Shown here piece after piece: positions 12,630-26,380 of a stretch of DNA of 64,000 bases. The position numbers and the translations under genes were made by a program. The DNA is from Stegostoma tigrinum. Lineage: Eukaryota. The stretch covers positions 32,675,979 through 32,739,978 of the forward strand of contig NC_081358.1 in assembly GCF_030684315.1 (NCBI RefSeq), written 5' to 3'. How positions within the stretch are numbered: the first letter of the stretch is position 1; every line of letters starts with the position of its first letter. The notes under the pieces are model-generated. The model was not told where the DNA came from. It searched no databases and worked only from the letters and a program-made list of their open reading frames with translations.

Positions 12630-13345
12630 TTCTATTATAAGTAAAGTTAGATCACATGGGATCCAGGGAGAGCTAGCCAATTGGATACACATTCGGCTTG
12701 ATAGTTGGAAACAGGGGGTGTTGATAGAAGTTTGTTGTTGTTCAGACTGGAGGCCTTTGACCAGTGGTGTGCCGAAAGGATCAGTGCTGGGTCCACTGTT
12801 ACTCATTCTTTATAATAAACAATTTGGATGTGAGTATACGAGCATGGTTAGTAATTTTGTGGATGACACGAAAATTGATGGTATAGTGACAATGAAGAAG
12901 GTTATCTAAGAGTACTACAGGATCCTGATCAACTGGGTTAGGAGGCTGAGGAAAGGCAGATGGCGTTTAATTTAGATAAATCTAAAGTGTTGCATTTTGG
13001 TAAGACAAACCAGGGCAGGACTTACACAGTTAATGGTAGTGCCCTGAGGAGTGATGACAATCAGAGAGACTAAGGAGGGAGGCAGGTACACAGTTCCTTG
13101 AAAGTAGCATCACATGTAGACAGGTTTGTGAAGAAGGCATTTGGCACGCTGGTCTTCATTGGTCAGAGCATTGAGTGAACGAGCTGGGGTATTATATTAC
13201 GGCTATACAAGACATTGGTAAGGCCGCATTTGGAATATTGTGTACTGCTCTGCTCACCCTGATACAGGAAGGAGGATGTTAAACTGGAAAAGATGTAAAA
13301 AACAAGGATGTCACCAGGAGTGGAGAGTTTGACCCATAAGGAGAG
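12630..13345 (+). mobile_element. CR1-type LINE RT fragment
   Basis: KVRSHGIQGELANWI...SGVPKGSVLGPLL...FVDDTKI: RT core motifs. Confidence 0.9.
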
Positions 13346-13568
13346 ACTACAGTTTAGGCAGTTGCTAAAGACACCGTGATTGAGCCAAGGGTGCCCAGCC
13401 CTAGGATTTTCATAGACGTCTTTGGAATTAGCAATCACTCCATGCTGGCTGGTGCCGTTGAATAATCATCTGTGATGAGAATTAAAAGTTCCAAATTTCC
13501 GCACAGTTCTTGAAGGCTGCAAAAGGAAGATTCAAATGAGTCTAGTAGACAATCAATTAATAACAACT

Positions 13569-13819
13569 TGTAATTAAACAGTAGCTGGAATAACTCCTCG
13601 GAGGCCAGTATCCTGTCACCAAGTCACCCTTTATTTACATGTGGCATATCTTTGACACTGATCCAGCTCCCTCAGAGCCAGCTCTGAGTGGCCGGAACCT
13701 CTGGCACTCTTATTTACATCTGTCAGTCAGGGATCCCTGACTAGGACCAGACTAACAGCCCCAATCAAGGAACTCATATTCTATGGTGTATGTCTGACTG
13801 GCCTCACTCAGTAGCATCA
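13569..13819. mobile_element. Probable short solo LTR
   Basis: Begins TGTAAT, ends near CA, internal antisense AATAAA; no convincing TSD. Confidence 0.35.
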
Positions 13820-14728
13820 GGATGAATATGTTAGTCAAAGGTGTTAAGTAATTCAGCTGTATCTGTTTTATTGCAATTATACACATTGAGAATCTAGAAA
13901 TGGACTTGGGAATCTTCAATGGTTAAGTTCTTTTTTCATTCTGTAAAAAAGATAATACTAAGAAAAATGCCAAGTATACTTACTTGATTAGAGATGGACT
14001 GGCCTTTGTTTTTCACTGAAAGTTGCTGCATTTTAAACCTGTCTTTCATTCCTTAGTGCTGTATCATAGCTTGTTTTTTGTAAATCCACATTTTCCAAGG
14101 GCCTCATCTAAGAAATTACATGTTGCATCATCAAAACTTGCTGTCTTCTTCTTTTAATTTCTGAATACCTCACTGCAAAAATGGTATACTTTGGTTCAAA
14201 TTTCCTTGGGGTTTCTGCGAAACTCCTAGCTTCATTCTTGATATAAACTGCTGAAAGTGGCATCCGGTTGTTTACATTGTTGTGGAAAATTTTGGGCAGA
14301 AGGCTGACGTATTACATGTGTAAAGTTGGGAAATTTAATTGTAACTAAATTGAAACTGATCTGTTGCGAGCACAAGGCAAACTTGCAAACTTTTAAACGT
14401 AACTGCTAAAAATCATTCCATTTCTTAAAATACAGATTCATATTATTCTGCCAAAGTTAAAAAAAAGCTTTTCAAGTAGTGAACCCGAGGAATCTTTTCT
14501 GTAAAAGGCAGGCTTAGTACTTAGTATCTTTGAACATAAACAGTTATTGAAAGAAACCTGCAAATATGCTGGAAGAGACCAGTCCAAAAATGGAGGTGTT
14601 AATTATCAGATGGTACTCGAGAGAGTGGCTGTTTGATCCATCATACCTGTGCTAGGTCTTTAGAGCAATTATCTATTAAATCCACTCCATTGCTTTCACC
14701 TTGTAGTGCTGTAAAATTTAATTCTTCA

Positions 14729-14853
14729 GAGATAGTAGGAAGTGCAGATGCTGGAGAATCTGAGATTACAAAGCATGGAGCTGGATGAACACGGCAGGCC
14801 AAGCAGCATCAGAGGAGCAAGAAGGCTGACATTTCGGGCCTAGACCCTTCTTC
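14729..14853 (-). mobile_element. Penelope-derived terminal repeat (family A-like), single arm with tail
   Basis: GCAGATGCTGGAGAATC...GCTGACATTTCGGGCCTAGACCCTTC; sits in a CR1 tail fragment. Confidence 0.8.
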
Positions 14854-15355
14854 GACATGTTGATTGAAATGCTTCTTGAATGTTACTGTTGAATTTGGTT
14901 CCACCACCTTTTCAACCTGCACATTCTAGATAATCATGTTGCATTGAATTTAATTGGGGGAAAATTTGCGAATGTAACCACTGATTCATTTGTCAATCAC
15001 CTTCTTTTAAATGTGTGCCCTCTGTTTGCTGACCCCTTCTTTCCACTGGAAACTTTTTTCCTCTTTTTAAAACATTAATGATATTTGAATACCTTGATCA
15101 TATTCCATTTTGTTTTGCTAAAAGCAGAATATTCCAATTTGTGTAATCACTCCACAAGAATAAAGTCCCAGATCCCATTCCTAAGTGTCATCTACATCCT
15201 GACCAAGGCTCTGATGTGTTTCCTGAGCTCTGATGAAAGACATGTGACAAATATATATGAAAGAGAACAATGACCCTACTATCAAACCCCACCTCCCCCA
15301 CCCAGCATTTTTATAATTACTGTAAGATGCTGTGGTTGCTATGAGTCTGACATAA

Positions 15356-15504
15356 AAACAAAAATAAAGGCTGAAAGAATTGTGCATGCTGTAAATCAGG
15401 AACAGAAACCGAAGTTGCTGGAAAAGCTCAGCAGGTCTGGCAGTATCTGTGAAGGAAGAAGTCAGAGTTAACGTTTCTGGTCCGGTGACCCTTCCTCAGA
15501 ACTC
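15356..15504 (-). mobile_element. Penelope-derived terminal repeat (family B)
   Basis: Homologous to 194-332 and 62885-63020 in antisense. Confidence 0.8.
15465..15504 (-). ncRNA. Minimal type I hammerhead ribozyme motif
   Basis: Minus strand GAGTT-CTGAGGA-A-GGGTCACCGGACCA-GAAA-CGTT-AACTC; 5-bp stem I, one mismatch at the base of stem II. Confidence 0.7.
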
Positions 15505-16269
15505 AAACAAAAATGATGGCAATGCTCCACATGTTGCAGCATCTGTGAAGAGAAACAGGATTCTTGTTTCATTATTAAGCACCACCTCTACTTTCCAAGA
15601 TTTTCAGCTTTCTGAAGTCACTTTACCTTCTGCAATGTTCTGGTTAATTCCTCAGTAATCCCCTTTCCAATGGCACCTTTCCATGTAAACACCAGTCTTG
15701 TTACCTGCTTCCTTGCCATCATCTTTGTCCTAGAATCTCCTTCCATTTAAAACAGCAATTTACTTCAACTACTTTCAAATTTAATATGGCATCTTTTCTG
15801 TTCACAGCGTGATCTCCTGAAATTTGGGGAAACAAAATTGTTGCTACTAAGTGGGTTGAGGTGTCTGATTGGGTCCTCCCTCAAAATTGGTTGCAACAAA
15901 TATTTGAATACTTCATTAGCACACAGCTATTACATTCCAATTCAAATTTAGTTCATTAGAAGGAGCCATTTCCAGGGTTTTCTTGAGTAAAACAAATATT
16001 AATTTAAAATGTAACAATGAACACATAAGCACACAGACATAAATCAGTTTAAAAAGAGGGAGCAAGGTGTTGTTATACAGAGAGCAAGGTGCAGTGGAAG
16101 TTCAAAATTCTCAGAGTCTATTGTGGGGTTAGATTTTTACACCGAGTCCTGACTGTTTGCTTAGTTCTTTAGCAGAGGTGAAATCTGTAGACCTTGTGTT
16201 CTCAGTGGACAGTGCCCTTTATCAGGCAAATGTTTTGAGGTTGGGAGAGAAGAGTTTTCAGTATCATAA

Positions 16270-16590
16270 AATCCGTACACTGTGGGAAGTAGGCCACTCA
16301 GCCAGTCAAGTCTACACCAACCCTCTGGAGCTCATCCCACCCCATTTCCATAACTCTGTATTTCCCATGGCAAATCCACCTCACCTACACATCCCTGGAC
16401 ACTATGCACAATTTAGCATGGACAATCTACCTAACATGTGCATCTTCGGACGGGTGGGAGGAAACCAGAGCACTCAGAGGAAACCCACACAGACATGGAG
16501 AACTTGCAAACTCCACTCCGACAGTCGCCCGAGGGTAGAATCGACCCCAGGTCCCTGGCACTGTGAGGCAGCTGTGCTAACCACAGAACC
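16270..16590 (-). mobile_element. HE1-type V-SINE
   Basis: Antisense GTGGTTAGCACAGCTGCCTCACAG..GGAGTTTGCAAGTTCTCC..GGGTTTCCTC. Confidence 0.85.
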
Positions 16591-16949
16591 ACTCCTTGTC
16601 TTTGCGGGTGTCGTGCTTCTTCTCTCTTTCTTACTTACATATAACCTACTGAAAAATAGTTCACTGTATATTTCAAGATAAGCTGCATTAGCTCTTTCAT
16701 CTCCCAAAATGTGAATTTATCATGCAATCATGAGTAACCCAAGAGACAGAAAGATCTTAATGCCTTCCTAAGTTTCAGTACATCTTGACTCATGTGATCA
16801 ATCTCACACAGATGGTTTTGTATATTCCATGGAGGATATATGACCTCATCAGGGCATCACAGCAACCATTTTAGACCAGGAAAGCTAATTTTGAAACCAT
16901 TTTTAGTCCATCAAAGTCTCAGTTATTAAAGTTAAATGCCAATGGTTGA

Positions 16950-17090
16950 ATAAAAATGAAAAGAACTCCAAAAGCTGTCAATCAAAAACAAAAACAGGAA
17001 TTGCTGGAAAAGCTCAGCAGGTTTGGCAGCATTCGTGGAGAGGAATCAGAGTTAATGTTTTGGGTAGAGTAACCCTTCCCCAGAACTTGA
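16950..17090 (-). mobile_element. Penelope-derived terminal repeat (family B), degenerate hammerhead
   Basis: Homologous to 15356-15504. Confidence 0.7.
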
Positions 17091-17624
17091 GGGAGTTCCT
17101 CTGTTTTGAGAGAGGGTCACTTGACAAATGCTGAATGTTGAAGGCCCATTTTCACAATGGTAGTAACAAAATGTAACTTCTTTATAGAACACCTCACTCC
17201 AGCTCTCAAGTGTGATCTGCTTTTAATGACTTGTCATTGCTATTCTTTGCCTTGGACCCACTCTGTCCTTTCTGTGAATGGATTGCTACTTTGTGTCAAT
17301 GAAGCTCAACTTAAGCTCCAGGAACAGCACCATAACTTTTGCCCCATCACACCACAACCTTCTAGACTTCGTATTCAGTTCAACAAGTTGAGATCACAAC
17401 CTTTCCATTCATCTACATCTGTGTGTCTGTGTGTGTCTGTCTGTGTGTGTCTGTGTGTGTGTGTTTTGTGCACCTGTTTCATTCTTTATCCCTTCATGTT
17501 GTACTCAGATGGCTGCTATGTGGGCACAACATCTGTTTCTTTCCTACGCCCAATACCATTCACTTCAGCATCAATTTATCTTTTCTTTGCCAGTTACTGC
17601 TGACTCCCAGTGTCACTTGCATGT

Positions 17625-17740
17625 GCACATGCACGCCAATCCAGGAACACACATGCACGCCAATCCAGAAACTCTTATACACGGCAATCTGGGAACATAC
17701 GTGCCTGCCAATCCACAAATGCACATGCACGCCAATCAAA
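17625..17740 (+). repeat. Short tandem repeat, ~24-bp unit, about 5 diverged copies
   Basis: Recurring CACATGCACGCCAATCC. Confidence 0.7.
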
Positions 17741-17949
17741 ACTGGAATTTAAAAAAAGTGAGAATGGGTGAGGAGGAGGAGAGAGGGAGGGTGGTGAGGG
17801 TGAGAGATAGCATGAGGACCGTGAGGTGGAAAAGTGAAGACTATGGGGGGAGAGTTTGTACATGGCTGGGGGATGGACGGTATCAAGGAAACTTAGTTTC
17901 CTACCTACCTTCTGTCTTGACCTAATCTGAAAACCATATCTTCCATGTT

Positions 17950-20100
17950 TTTCATTAAAGCCATTTATTTAAATTGTAAACGGTTGAGGTCCAAGCGCTG
18001 ATCCTGTGACACAACACTTAATCACATCTTGCCAACCTGAAACGACCTCATTTATACCTCTATCTGCTTCCTGTTAGCCAGCCAATCTTCTATTCATGTC
18101 AATATGGTACAGCTGACACCATGAGCCTTTTTCCCCACACTTATCCTTCATATTGGCACTTAATCAAATGCCTTCAAGAAATCATAGAGGGAAATTGATA
18201 GACTTTTCTATACTATCTGCACATGCTATGCCTCAAAGAATTCCAACAAATTGATTAAATATGATTTCCCCTTCACGAAACCACATTGACTCTGTCTAAT
18301 TACCTTGGAATGTCCTGCTATAACTTCTTTGAACAGCTTCTACCAATTTCCCCAAAAAACAGATGCTTGGCTAACTGGCCTGTAATATTTCCTTTTTCTA
18401 CTTCCCTTCCTTTCTGAATAAATTACATTGATATCTTTCAATTTAGTGGGGGCTTCCATGAATTTAGTGAGTTTTGGAAATTAAAACTGATATGCCAACT
18501 ATCTCATTTGCCACATCTTTGAAGACTGGAGTTTGAGCCATCAGGGCCTGAGCACTTATCACTCCTCAGTTCAAAAATTGTGCTTAGTAGCTCTTCTCTG
18601 GTGGCTGCAATTTTCCTGAGTCCCTCCCTCCTTTATTTCCTGATTTGTACTTACTTCTGCGATATTACTTGTGCTTCCAACAAAGAAAACTAATGCAAAA
18701 TATATGTTCAATTCATCTCATCATTTTTCATTCTCCAGTTTTACCTTCTATAGGACCAATGCCACTCGTTAATTTTTTTTAAAAAAGAAATTGAATACAT
18801 ATGGAAATGCTTAGTGTCTAATCTTTATATTTCTGACTAGCTGTCTCTCATTCTGTTTTATTTCCTTTATTAATTTGCTGGTCATTTTTGCTGGTTTTTA
18901 TATTCTGTTCAATCTTCTGACCTTCCACCATTCACATGTCTTTGCTTTTTTCTTTAAGTTTAATTCTATCTTTAATCTTTCTAGTTCATCACAGAAGATT
19001 AGTCTTCCTGGTGAAATTTTCTTTCCCACTAGAAATTCTCAATTCTGTGCATTCTGAAATATCCCTTTTAAAATCTGCAATTGCAATTGTTGACCTAATC
19101 TTTAGCCTAATTTTCCAATTCAGTTTAGATCCCTCTGCTTTCATTCCCACATAATTGCCCTTTTTGAAGTTTAAAAAAATCTTAAACTTGCTGCTCCCTC
19201 CCTAAAACTGAATATAAAATTCAGTCATATTATCATAATGGCTCTTTAGAGAAGCAGTGACCATGAGAGCATTGAGCCTTCCTTGTTGTACAGTGTCATT
19301 TTGCTTGCTCTCTCTCTCTCTCTCCAGAACATGCTTTTTAAAGAAACTAACCCAAAGTATTCTATGAATCCTCACTGAGGCCAAATTTGTCCTTCTAACT
19401 TTTCCAATCTGTACATAAATTAAAATATCCCTGGATTATTGTATGTCTTTCTGAAAAGCTCCCATTATTTCTTCCTTTTATTTCAACTGATCATGAAGTT
19501 ACCGTTAGCCGAACTGTGCACTATTCCTATAAGTGCCTTCTGGCCTTACACATTTTTTATCTTTGCCAAAACCAACCCATTTCTTTGTTTCCTTAAGATG
19601 AGTCATCCCTCTCAAATGTGTCAATGCCATCATTAACTAACAGGGCCTTCACTCTTTCTTAGCTGCCTGTCCTTTTTGGACGTCCAGCACACTTCAGCAT
19701 GCAGGTTCCAATTTATGCCTCCTGAGGCCCTGTGTCTATAACTGATACCAGAGTGCCATGGTCAAATGGCACATTGACTATGGCACCTAAGATTCCTGCC
19801 CTATTGGTGTCTTTACCTACTTCACTTATGGTCATGCTCTCCTTCCCTGACGACTGACTAGAAGATCCTTTCCTAAAGGGCAAAACTACCCCCTGGTGTA
19901 AAGAATCCAGGTAAACTTTCACATTCCTTGAAGTGTTATAGTGTTTGTCGTTCAGCCTTCATCACAAACTCTGATCTAAAGCTATTTGGACTCCAAACAC
20001 GTATTGCAGAGATAAAAATGGTTTCCTGAAGCTCCCTCACTCTGCAGCTATGACACATCACGTTCCTGCCATCTTTTAATGTGTTCTAATGAGCTATTTA
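17950..20100 (-). mobile_element. Long, heavily decayed CR1-type LINE (ORF1 to RT)
   Basis: Antisense RT segments near 18000-18550 and ORF1-like YLDSLHQGVVLPFR (ORF 19713-19922). Confidence 0.65.
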
Positions 20101-20659
20101 ACTATATTATTACATTACAATTTTTATTTGTATATGTTTATCAACCTTGCCACCAGTTGCCATGCTATTTGGTTCGATTTGATTAAGTTGGCTACTTTAC
20201 AACACCACTAACACAAAAAGCCCTATCTGACCCAACTACAGAAGAACGACATTCAACTGTTTTAATTAACCAAACCCAACAGCTTTTCCAGTGGACTCTC
20301 TGTTTAAACCCTGTTTAAGACTGACAATATCAGAATTTAATCTGTGGATTTCAGTTAAATGCCAACAAATGCTAAATACAAACAAAATTAGATCTGAACA
20401 AGAATTAAAACATTCTCACCTACCAATTGCCAGCCTGGCTTAGGCTGATATTTATGTGACCATCTTGTAATTATGCTGTTTAAATCTTTACTCATTTTTT
20501 AAACTAGAAAATAACTTTTGCAATCCTCTAGGCAGTTGGCACCAGTTCCGCATCCGAGGATGACTGAGGTCAAAGCCTTCACAATTTCCAGGATATTTCC
20601 CTAACTTAGTCTGAATGGGATGCATCCTAGGTAATGACTATTCTATCTAGACGAGCACC

Positions 20660-21110
20660 ACTAGAACGCAAGACCATAAGACATACTGCCTCAAAGAATT
20701 CTAACAGATTTGTCAGGCATAACCTCCTCTTGATGAAACCAAGATGACTTTACCCTATTTTACTATACGTTTCCAAATATTCAGAAATCTCATCCTTTAC
20801 AATGGACTCCAAAATCTTACCCATGACTGAGGTTAGGCTAATTGGCCAGTAATTTTCCATCTTTTGCCTTACTTCCTTTTTAAACAGGGGTGTCACATTA
20901 GTGATTTTCCAGTCCTCTGGGACCCTTCCTGACTCAAGTGATTTCTGGAAGATCACCACTAATGCTTCCACTACCTCTTCAGCTTTTTCCTTTTGAACTC
21001 TGGGGTGTAGTCCAGCTTGTTCCGGTGATTTGTCCACCTTCAGGCCAATCAGTTTTACAACACTCTTTCCCTGGTGATGGTCACCATACTCAGCTCTGCA
21101 CCCTGAACAG
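20660..21110 (-). mobile_element. CR1-type LINE RT N-terminal fragment
   Basis: LKVDKSP..GLHPRV..IFQKSLESGRVPEDWKITNVTPLFKK..NYWPISLTSVMGKILES. Confidence 0.9.
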
Positions 21111-21805
21111 AAGTACGTAAGCATTCAGGTACATAATTCTTTAAAGTATCTGCCACAGGTAGGCTGGCTGGTTAAGAAGACATTTAGGATACTTGCCTTC
21201 ATAGCACAGACCTTTGAGTTTAGGAGTTGGGACATCATGTTGAGGTTGTACAGGGTGTTGGTGTGGCCTGTTCTGGAGTACTGTGACCAGTTTTGGTCAC
21301 CTTATTATAGGAAGGATATCATTAAGCTGGAAAGACTTCAGAAAAGATTTGCCAGGATATTGCAAGGAATGGCGGATTTAAGTTATAAGGAGAGGTTGTA
21401 TAGGTTGGGACGTTTTTTACCAAAATATAGGAGGTTGAGGGGTGACATCATAGAGGTTTATAGAACTGTGAGGGGTATAGATAAGGTGAATGGCCAGTGT
21501 CTTTTCCCGTAGGATGGGGATTTCAAGACAAGGGGGCATATTTTTATGGTGAGAAGAGAAAAATTTTAAAAAGACATGAGGGGCAACCTTTTTACACAGT
21601 TGATTGTGTGTGGAATGCAATGCCAGTGAAATTGGTGGATGTGAGTACAGCTACAACATCAAAAAAACATTTGGATGAGTACATGAATGAAGAGTGTTTG
21701 GAGGGATAAGGGCCAAGTGCAGGCAGGTGGGACTAGTTTAGTTTCAGATTATGGTCAGAATAGACTGGTTGGGCTAAAGAGTCTGTTTCCATGACTCTAT
21801 GACCT
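21110..21805 (+). mobile_element. CR1-type LINE 3' fragment
   Basis: LYRVLVWPVLEYCDQFWSPYYRKDIIKLERLQKRF, then CR1 3' UTR ending ATGACTCTATGA. Confidence 0.9.
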
Positions 21806-22467
21806 ATCCTTTTATTTATGTTTCTCTATCCATATTGATCCCACTCCATGTCACTGCTGCCCCCTTCTTTTACTGCCACATTATCAGCATCTTTTTGAGT
21901 GAAGACTGAGTGCTGCAATGACAAAAAAAATCTTGTTTTGAGCCCTACCTGTTTCAACTTTGTCTTAACCACCCTCTTAGTATTTGTGTATATACGAAAC
22001 TTTGCATACTAACCAAGTGCTGTAACTGGTATCCATGTATAATTCACTCAATTTACAGAATGTATTGCTTCACAGATTTCTGACAGGAATGGATTGTAAT
22101 ATATGCTTAAAATGTATAACTTGCAGTAATTAGACAAATGCAGTTGTATCATGATCAATGTAGACATTTCACTTGATGAAATACACCATATTTACACACA
22201 ATATCGCCAAATTTTATTATTTTAGGCATGGTGTAAGTGACGTTGATATAACCGTGCCAGAGAAGCATGCTTTTACTGAGGCTGAAGATTCATGAATTCA
22301 CTTTTTTCTGCCAACTTCAAATTCATATTTGTTTTACAATGAACTGATATTGCTTCTTTTCATTTTGTAATTTTACATTCTTCACTGGGGACAGTGCAAT
22401 TACTGTCACATTTCATCTGGATAAATACACTATTGTGTATGCACTCTACATGCATGCAGTTTAGAGT

Positions 22468-22990
22468 TGATTGATTGATTTATTGTCACATGTACTGAAA
22501 TACAGTGAAAAGCATTGTGTACAAACAGTACAGGCAGATCAAAACAAGCAAAGGATTTACAGATCAAAAAGTCTTAGAGTCACACAGGTTACATTGGAGG
22601 TTACATTATTTGAAGCAAGAGTCAATTCAACAGCTGAGAAGCAGCTGTTCCTGAATCTGCTTGTGCATGTGTTCAGGCTTCTGTATCTTCAGCCGGATGA
22701 AAGAGGTTGTGGGAGGTCATTGCTAGGTTGCGATGGGTCTTTGTTGTTGGCTGCCTTTCTGCGGCAGTGAGCTGTGAAAATAGAGTCCATGGATGGAATG
22801 TTGGCTTCCTGATGGTCTGGGCTGTGCACATAACCTTCTGTAGTTTCTTATGGCCCTGGGCAGAGCAGTTGCTGTACCAGGCCGTTATGCACATGGACAG
22901 TATGCTTTCAATGGTGCATCTGTAGAAGTTGGTGAGAGACCTTATGGACATGCCAAATTCCCTGAGCTGCCTGAGGGAGAAGAAGCATTA
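22468..22990 (-). mobile_element. Rex1/Babar-type LINE 3' fragment
   Basis: LTNFYRCTIESILS.CITAWYSNCSAQ..KKLQKV; tail ends in (ATCA)n. Confidence 0.8.
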
Positions 22991-23959
22991 GAATGGAACA
23001 AAGTTGCTCTGCGGTAACAAGCTGCTAAAAGTAGCAGGAAACCACAGGTAATGATCAAAGAAATGGGCCACCACTAAAAGAGCTGAGCAAGATACAATTG
23101 CTGCAATTTTATTCTTTCCTGCAACTGGTCAAAGTAAAGCATGATATGAAACAGAGCTCACAATATTTCTGTTTGCAGTGACAAAATTACAAAATTGCTA
23201 CAGTTTTATTAAACAAACATTGCAGCATTTAAGAAGCAGCTGGATGAGCATTTGAAATACCAGGGCAGAAAGATCCCAGACAAAAGGCAGGATGCAAGTA
23301 CTGTGGAGAGTATCATACAATGGAAAAGGAGACACGTCCAGAGTGGGGAAAGCAGTGTTCTCACTGCATGAAGCTGACTCGTTTGAAACACTTTTTTTTT
23401 GCTAGAAGAATGCACAAAAAACAGGTAGAGCTATCAGTCACAGATTCAGACACATCTTTAAATTAGTCGCAGGGTGAGGGTATCTTTGAATAGGCCAACA
23501 TTTATTGCCTATCTCCAATTGTCCACAGGGCAGTTAAGAGTCAGATGTAGGCCGGACCAGGTAAGGATGGCAGTTGCCTTCCATCACCCTCTTGATGAAT
23601 AAAAACATTTCTTTGCAACTCCCCTCTAAACTTTCTACCACTTGCCTTTAAATCTATGCCCCTGGTTTTTGACCTCTCCTAAAGAAAACAAGTGCCTTTC
23701 TATCCACTCCTTGTGTCCCTCATAATCTTTTACATCTTTTTCAGGCCCCTTCTCAACCTTTGCTGATCCAAGGATTGCATATCCAATCTTTCCTTAAATC
23801 TCTGACTGTTTAGTCCAGGCGACATCCTCATAAATCCACCCTGCAACCTCTCTAGTTCACTCCCATCCTTCGTTTAGTCTGGTGACAAGAAGTGCACATA
23901 TTCTAGATGCAGCTTAACAGGTGTCTTACGCAGTTTCAGCTTTGGTCACATGTTGCAGC

Positions 23960-24540
23960 TAGTAAATTCACACAACTCTGACCACAAGCCACTTGAAAGC
24001 AATTTCCTCAAGCCGCTGCTAATGCTTCAAATCATATGCAAAGATGGTTGCTTCAGTTTCAGATATGCCATAAAATCAAGGGAAACAGATGTACGTCATT
24101 GTTTAATTAACAGTATTAAAAGCTACATTCTCTACGAACAAAATAGAGGATGCACCAATAAAGTGTGAAAGCTTTTAAGATTCAAATCAAAGCAGCAGCC
24201 TGACATGCTGTGGAAGCAGAGACAGCGAGATGAGCATTTCATCAAATCAAGGAAACTACCCAACAAGATGCAAGTCTACAATTGTTGCAGGAAGTATGGG
24301 TGAGTGGCTGGCCTGAAAGCATTGAGGACACTCCCTCTGGTCACCAGCACATTGGGCATGTAGAAATGAATTAACAATTCAAGATGGTATATTGTACAAA
24401 GCAAGTCATTATCCCTAATGTGGGAGGAGTCTCGTGAAAGTGTATTCATTGCAAGTCACAAGGAAATTGTCAAGTCTGAACAGGGAAAAGGGGTGCATTA
24501 CCAGCCATAGACAATGAAATGAAGGACCACATGGGACCTT
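23960..24540 (+). mobile_element. Gypsy LTR-retrotransposon pol remnant (RNase H to integrase N-terminal region)
   Basis: Across frames: SDHKPLES.FLKPL, MQRWLLQFQ, GKQMYV, DASLQLLQEVWVSGWP, RNELTIQDGILYK. Confidence 0.75.
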
Positions 24541-25819
24541 TGAGTGCCAAGCCTAGCAAGCTAGAGAGCGATTTAACCCCATTACAAATAAGACTGTTAT
24601 CATGTGAGCTTATTAACTTCAAGTAAGTTGTTAAGATTCCTACTTCGAGTGCAGCAGTCTGATCCTTGATTTTTATTAGTTAGTGAGCTGCCTGTCAAAG
24701 TTTGTTTATTGAATGTTTGCAGTGATAGGAACAGTGATGAGATATGAAGATTAAGATAAAGTCATTGAGATCTGCAGCAAAGAACAAGACCCTCTGGAGC
24801 ACCTCACCTGCACCCTTCAAAGCCAAGCACCAAACTATTTTTAATCTCGTTTTCCAGCACTTGGCCTTATATGCCTTGGCATTGCAAGTGCATATCTAAA
24901 TAATTCTTAAATGATGTCCAGTCAGTGAGCTCCAGATTCCCACCACCCTCTGAGTGAAAAAAAATGTTCCTTGCAATCCCTGTAAACCTCTTGTCCCTTT
25001 ACCTAAATCCGTTCCCCTTGTCATTAATTGTTCCATCAAGGAGCAAGGCTACTGTCAAATAATGTGTTTGCAATTACCTTACTACCTAATTCCGTCTGTA
25101 CATTTTAAAATGATTTTCTGTTTGGTATTCATATATCTTAATGATTCATGGCAGCATCTAAATCCACATACCATGCCAAAACAGGTGGAATTATCAGAGC
25201 CAGAAAAATCGTTAATAATTGTGTTTTGCAATAATTCCATGTATTCATCTGCAAGATAACATTTGTTTACAAGACTTTAGTTCCCACATTCTCTGAGCCA
25301 CAGTCTAAATCTTCTGGACTCCAGGTCCAGTGTCATGTTATTCGTTTTTTCCCTTGATGCCAATAATCAAAATGATATTTATGGCGTGATGCCCAAACTT
25401 TAATGTTGTTATTAGTTATTATTTGAATGGAATGGACGAAATTCATAAATTCTGGTTGCTTAGAATCTCACAGTTGAGGCAGTCCTTCTAACTGAAGCAC
25501 ATAGAACATTATACTCCAAGCAGTTGCAGGATGTCGATCATTGAAAGTTGGCTGTCTACATCTTTGGCTGTTTTGTCATGAATTATTTACCACTAAGAAG
25601 CCATCATTCTACAGATCAAGATATGTTCATCTCATCAACATTATATAAGGCTGAAATACTTTCATCAGTGACCGTCAAAGAGTATTCAGGGTAAGTTTAG
25701 TTCCGAAGGCTTGGACAAAATGGCAGAAGAAGCAAAACCGACATTGTCAAGTGACCATTGTTGAATTTTCAGTAGTGCACAGATGATAGATCTACTTGAT
25801 TATCCACAGAAAATCATTA

Positions 25820-26380
25820 TAATTATAACAATTAGGTTTTATTGTCACATATACTCAAGTTCAAGAGTACAGGAGTACAGTGAAAAGTTTACAATGTCAC
25901 CTCTCATGGCACCATCTTAAGTGCAATGTACCGAGGTACAAATCTTAGACCAAAAAGAGGAATAAAGAGAAGCTTTTGCAATCACTTATAGTGATTCATA
26001 CTACATGTTAGAAATAAGACATAGTTAAAAGGATTAACATTAAAGTGATGTAAACAGATTACTGATAAACATCACATTGTAGTAGCTCCACATGGGGGCT
26101 TCCATAAGGACCGGCCTCGTGAGCCGCTGATGGTCTACGGTGGACCCCAGTCCAACAACTGTCCCCACTCCTCTCCATGCCTCCAGCCTGCTCCACTCCT
26201 GCTCTCAGCCGCTCCACACCACTCCATGCCCCTAGCCCACTCTGCATACTCTTGGTGACCAGCCTCTTCTGCTCCAGAGCTGCTTTACTCTGGCTCCCAG
26301 CTACTCCAAGGTAAGTTTCCTTTATCAGAAAAAAAAATTAAGACCTTAGAAAGAAAGAGAGAGGAAGAGAAGGGAATAAA
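25820..26380 (-). mobile_element. Element with Rex1-type tail, related to 2930-3945
   Basis: Starts TTTATTGTCACATATACTCAAG; shares GGCACCATCTTA..GTAC motif with 3850-3925 and 31620-31720. Confidence 0.5.

Larger units (their letters stand above)
15839..17168. mobile_element. Solo LTR (Gypsy-like) with nested insertions
   Basis: Termini TGTTGCTA...TAGTAACA; exact 4-bp TSD AAAT (15835-15838, 17169-17172). Confidence 0.7.
15660..17400 (+). mobile_element. Old PLE GIY-YIG remnant split by a solo LTR
   Basis: 15670-15838 gives GTFPC..FHLKQQFT..FGETK-like; 17173-17395 continues FIEHL..NEAQLKLQEQH..PQPSRLRIQFNKLRS. Confidence 0.65.

Noticed and set aside
20660-21805. Adjacent opposite-orientation CR1 pieces as a 5' inversion (also 6260-7975)
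   Set aside because: Each piece appears to have its own 3' tail sequence and no shared TSD was found; independent insertions are simpler.
25578-25696. Short ATG-initiated frame ending at a GTAAGT donor (MNYLPLRSHH...)
   Set aside because: No recognisable homology or downstream exon; compatible with chance.
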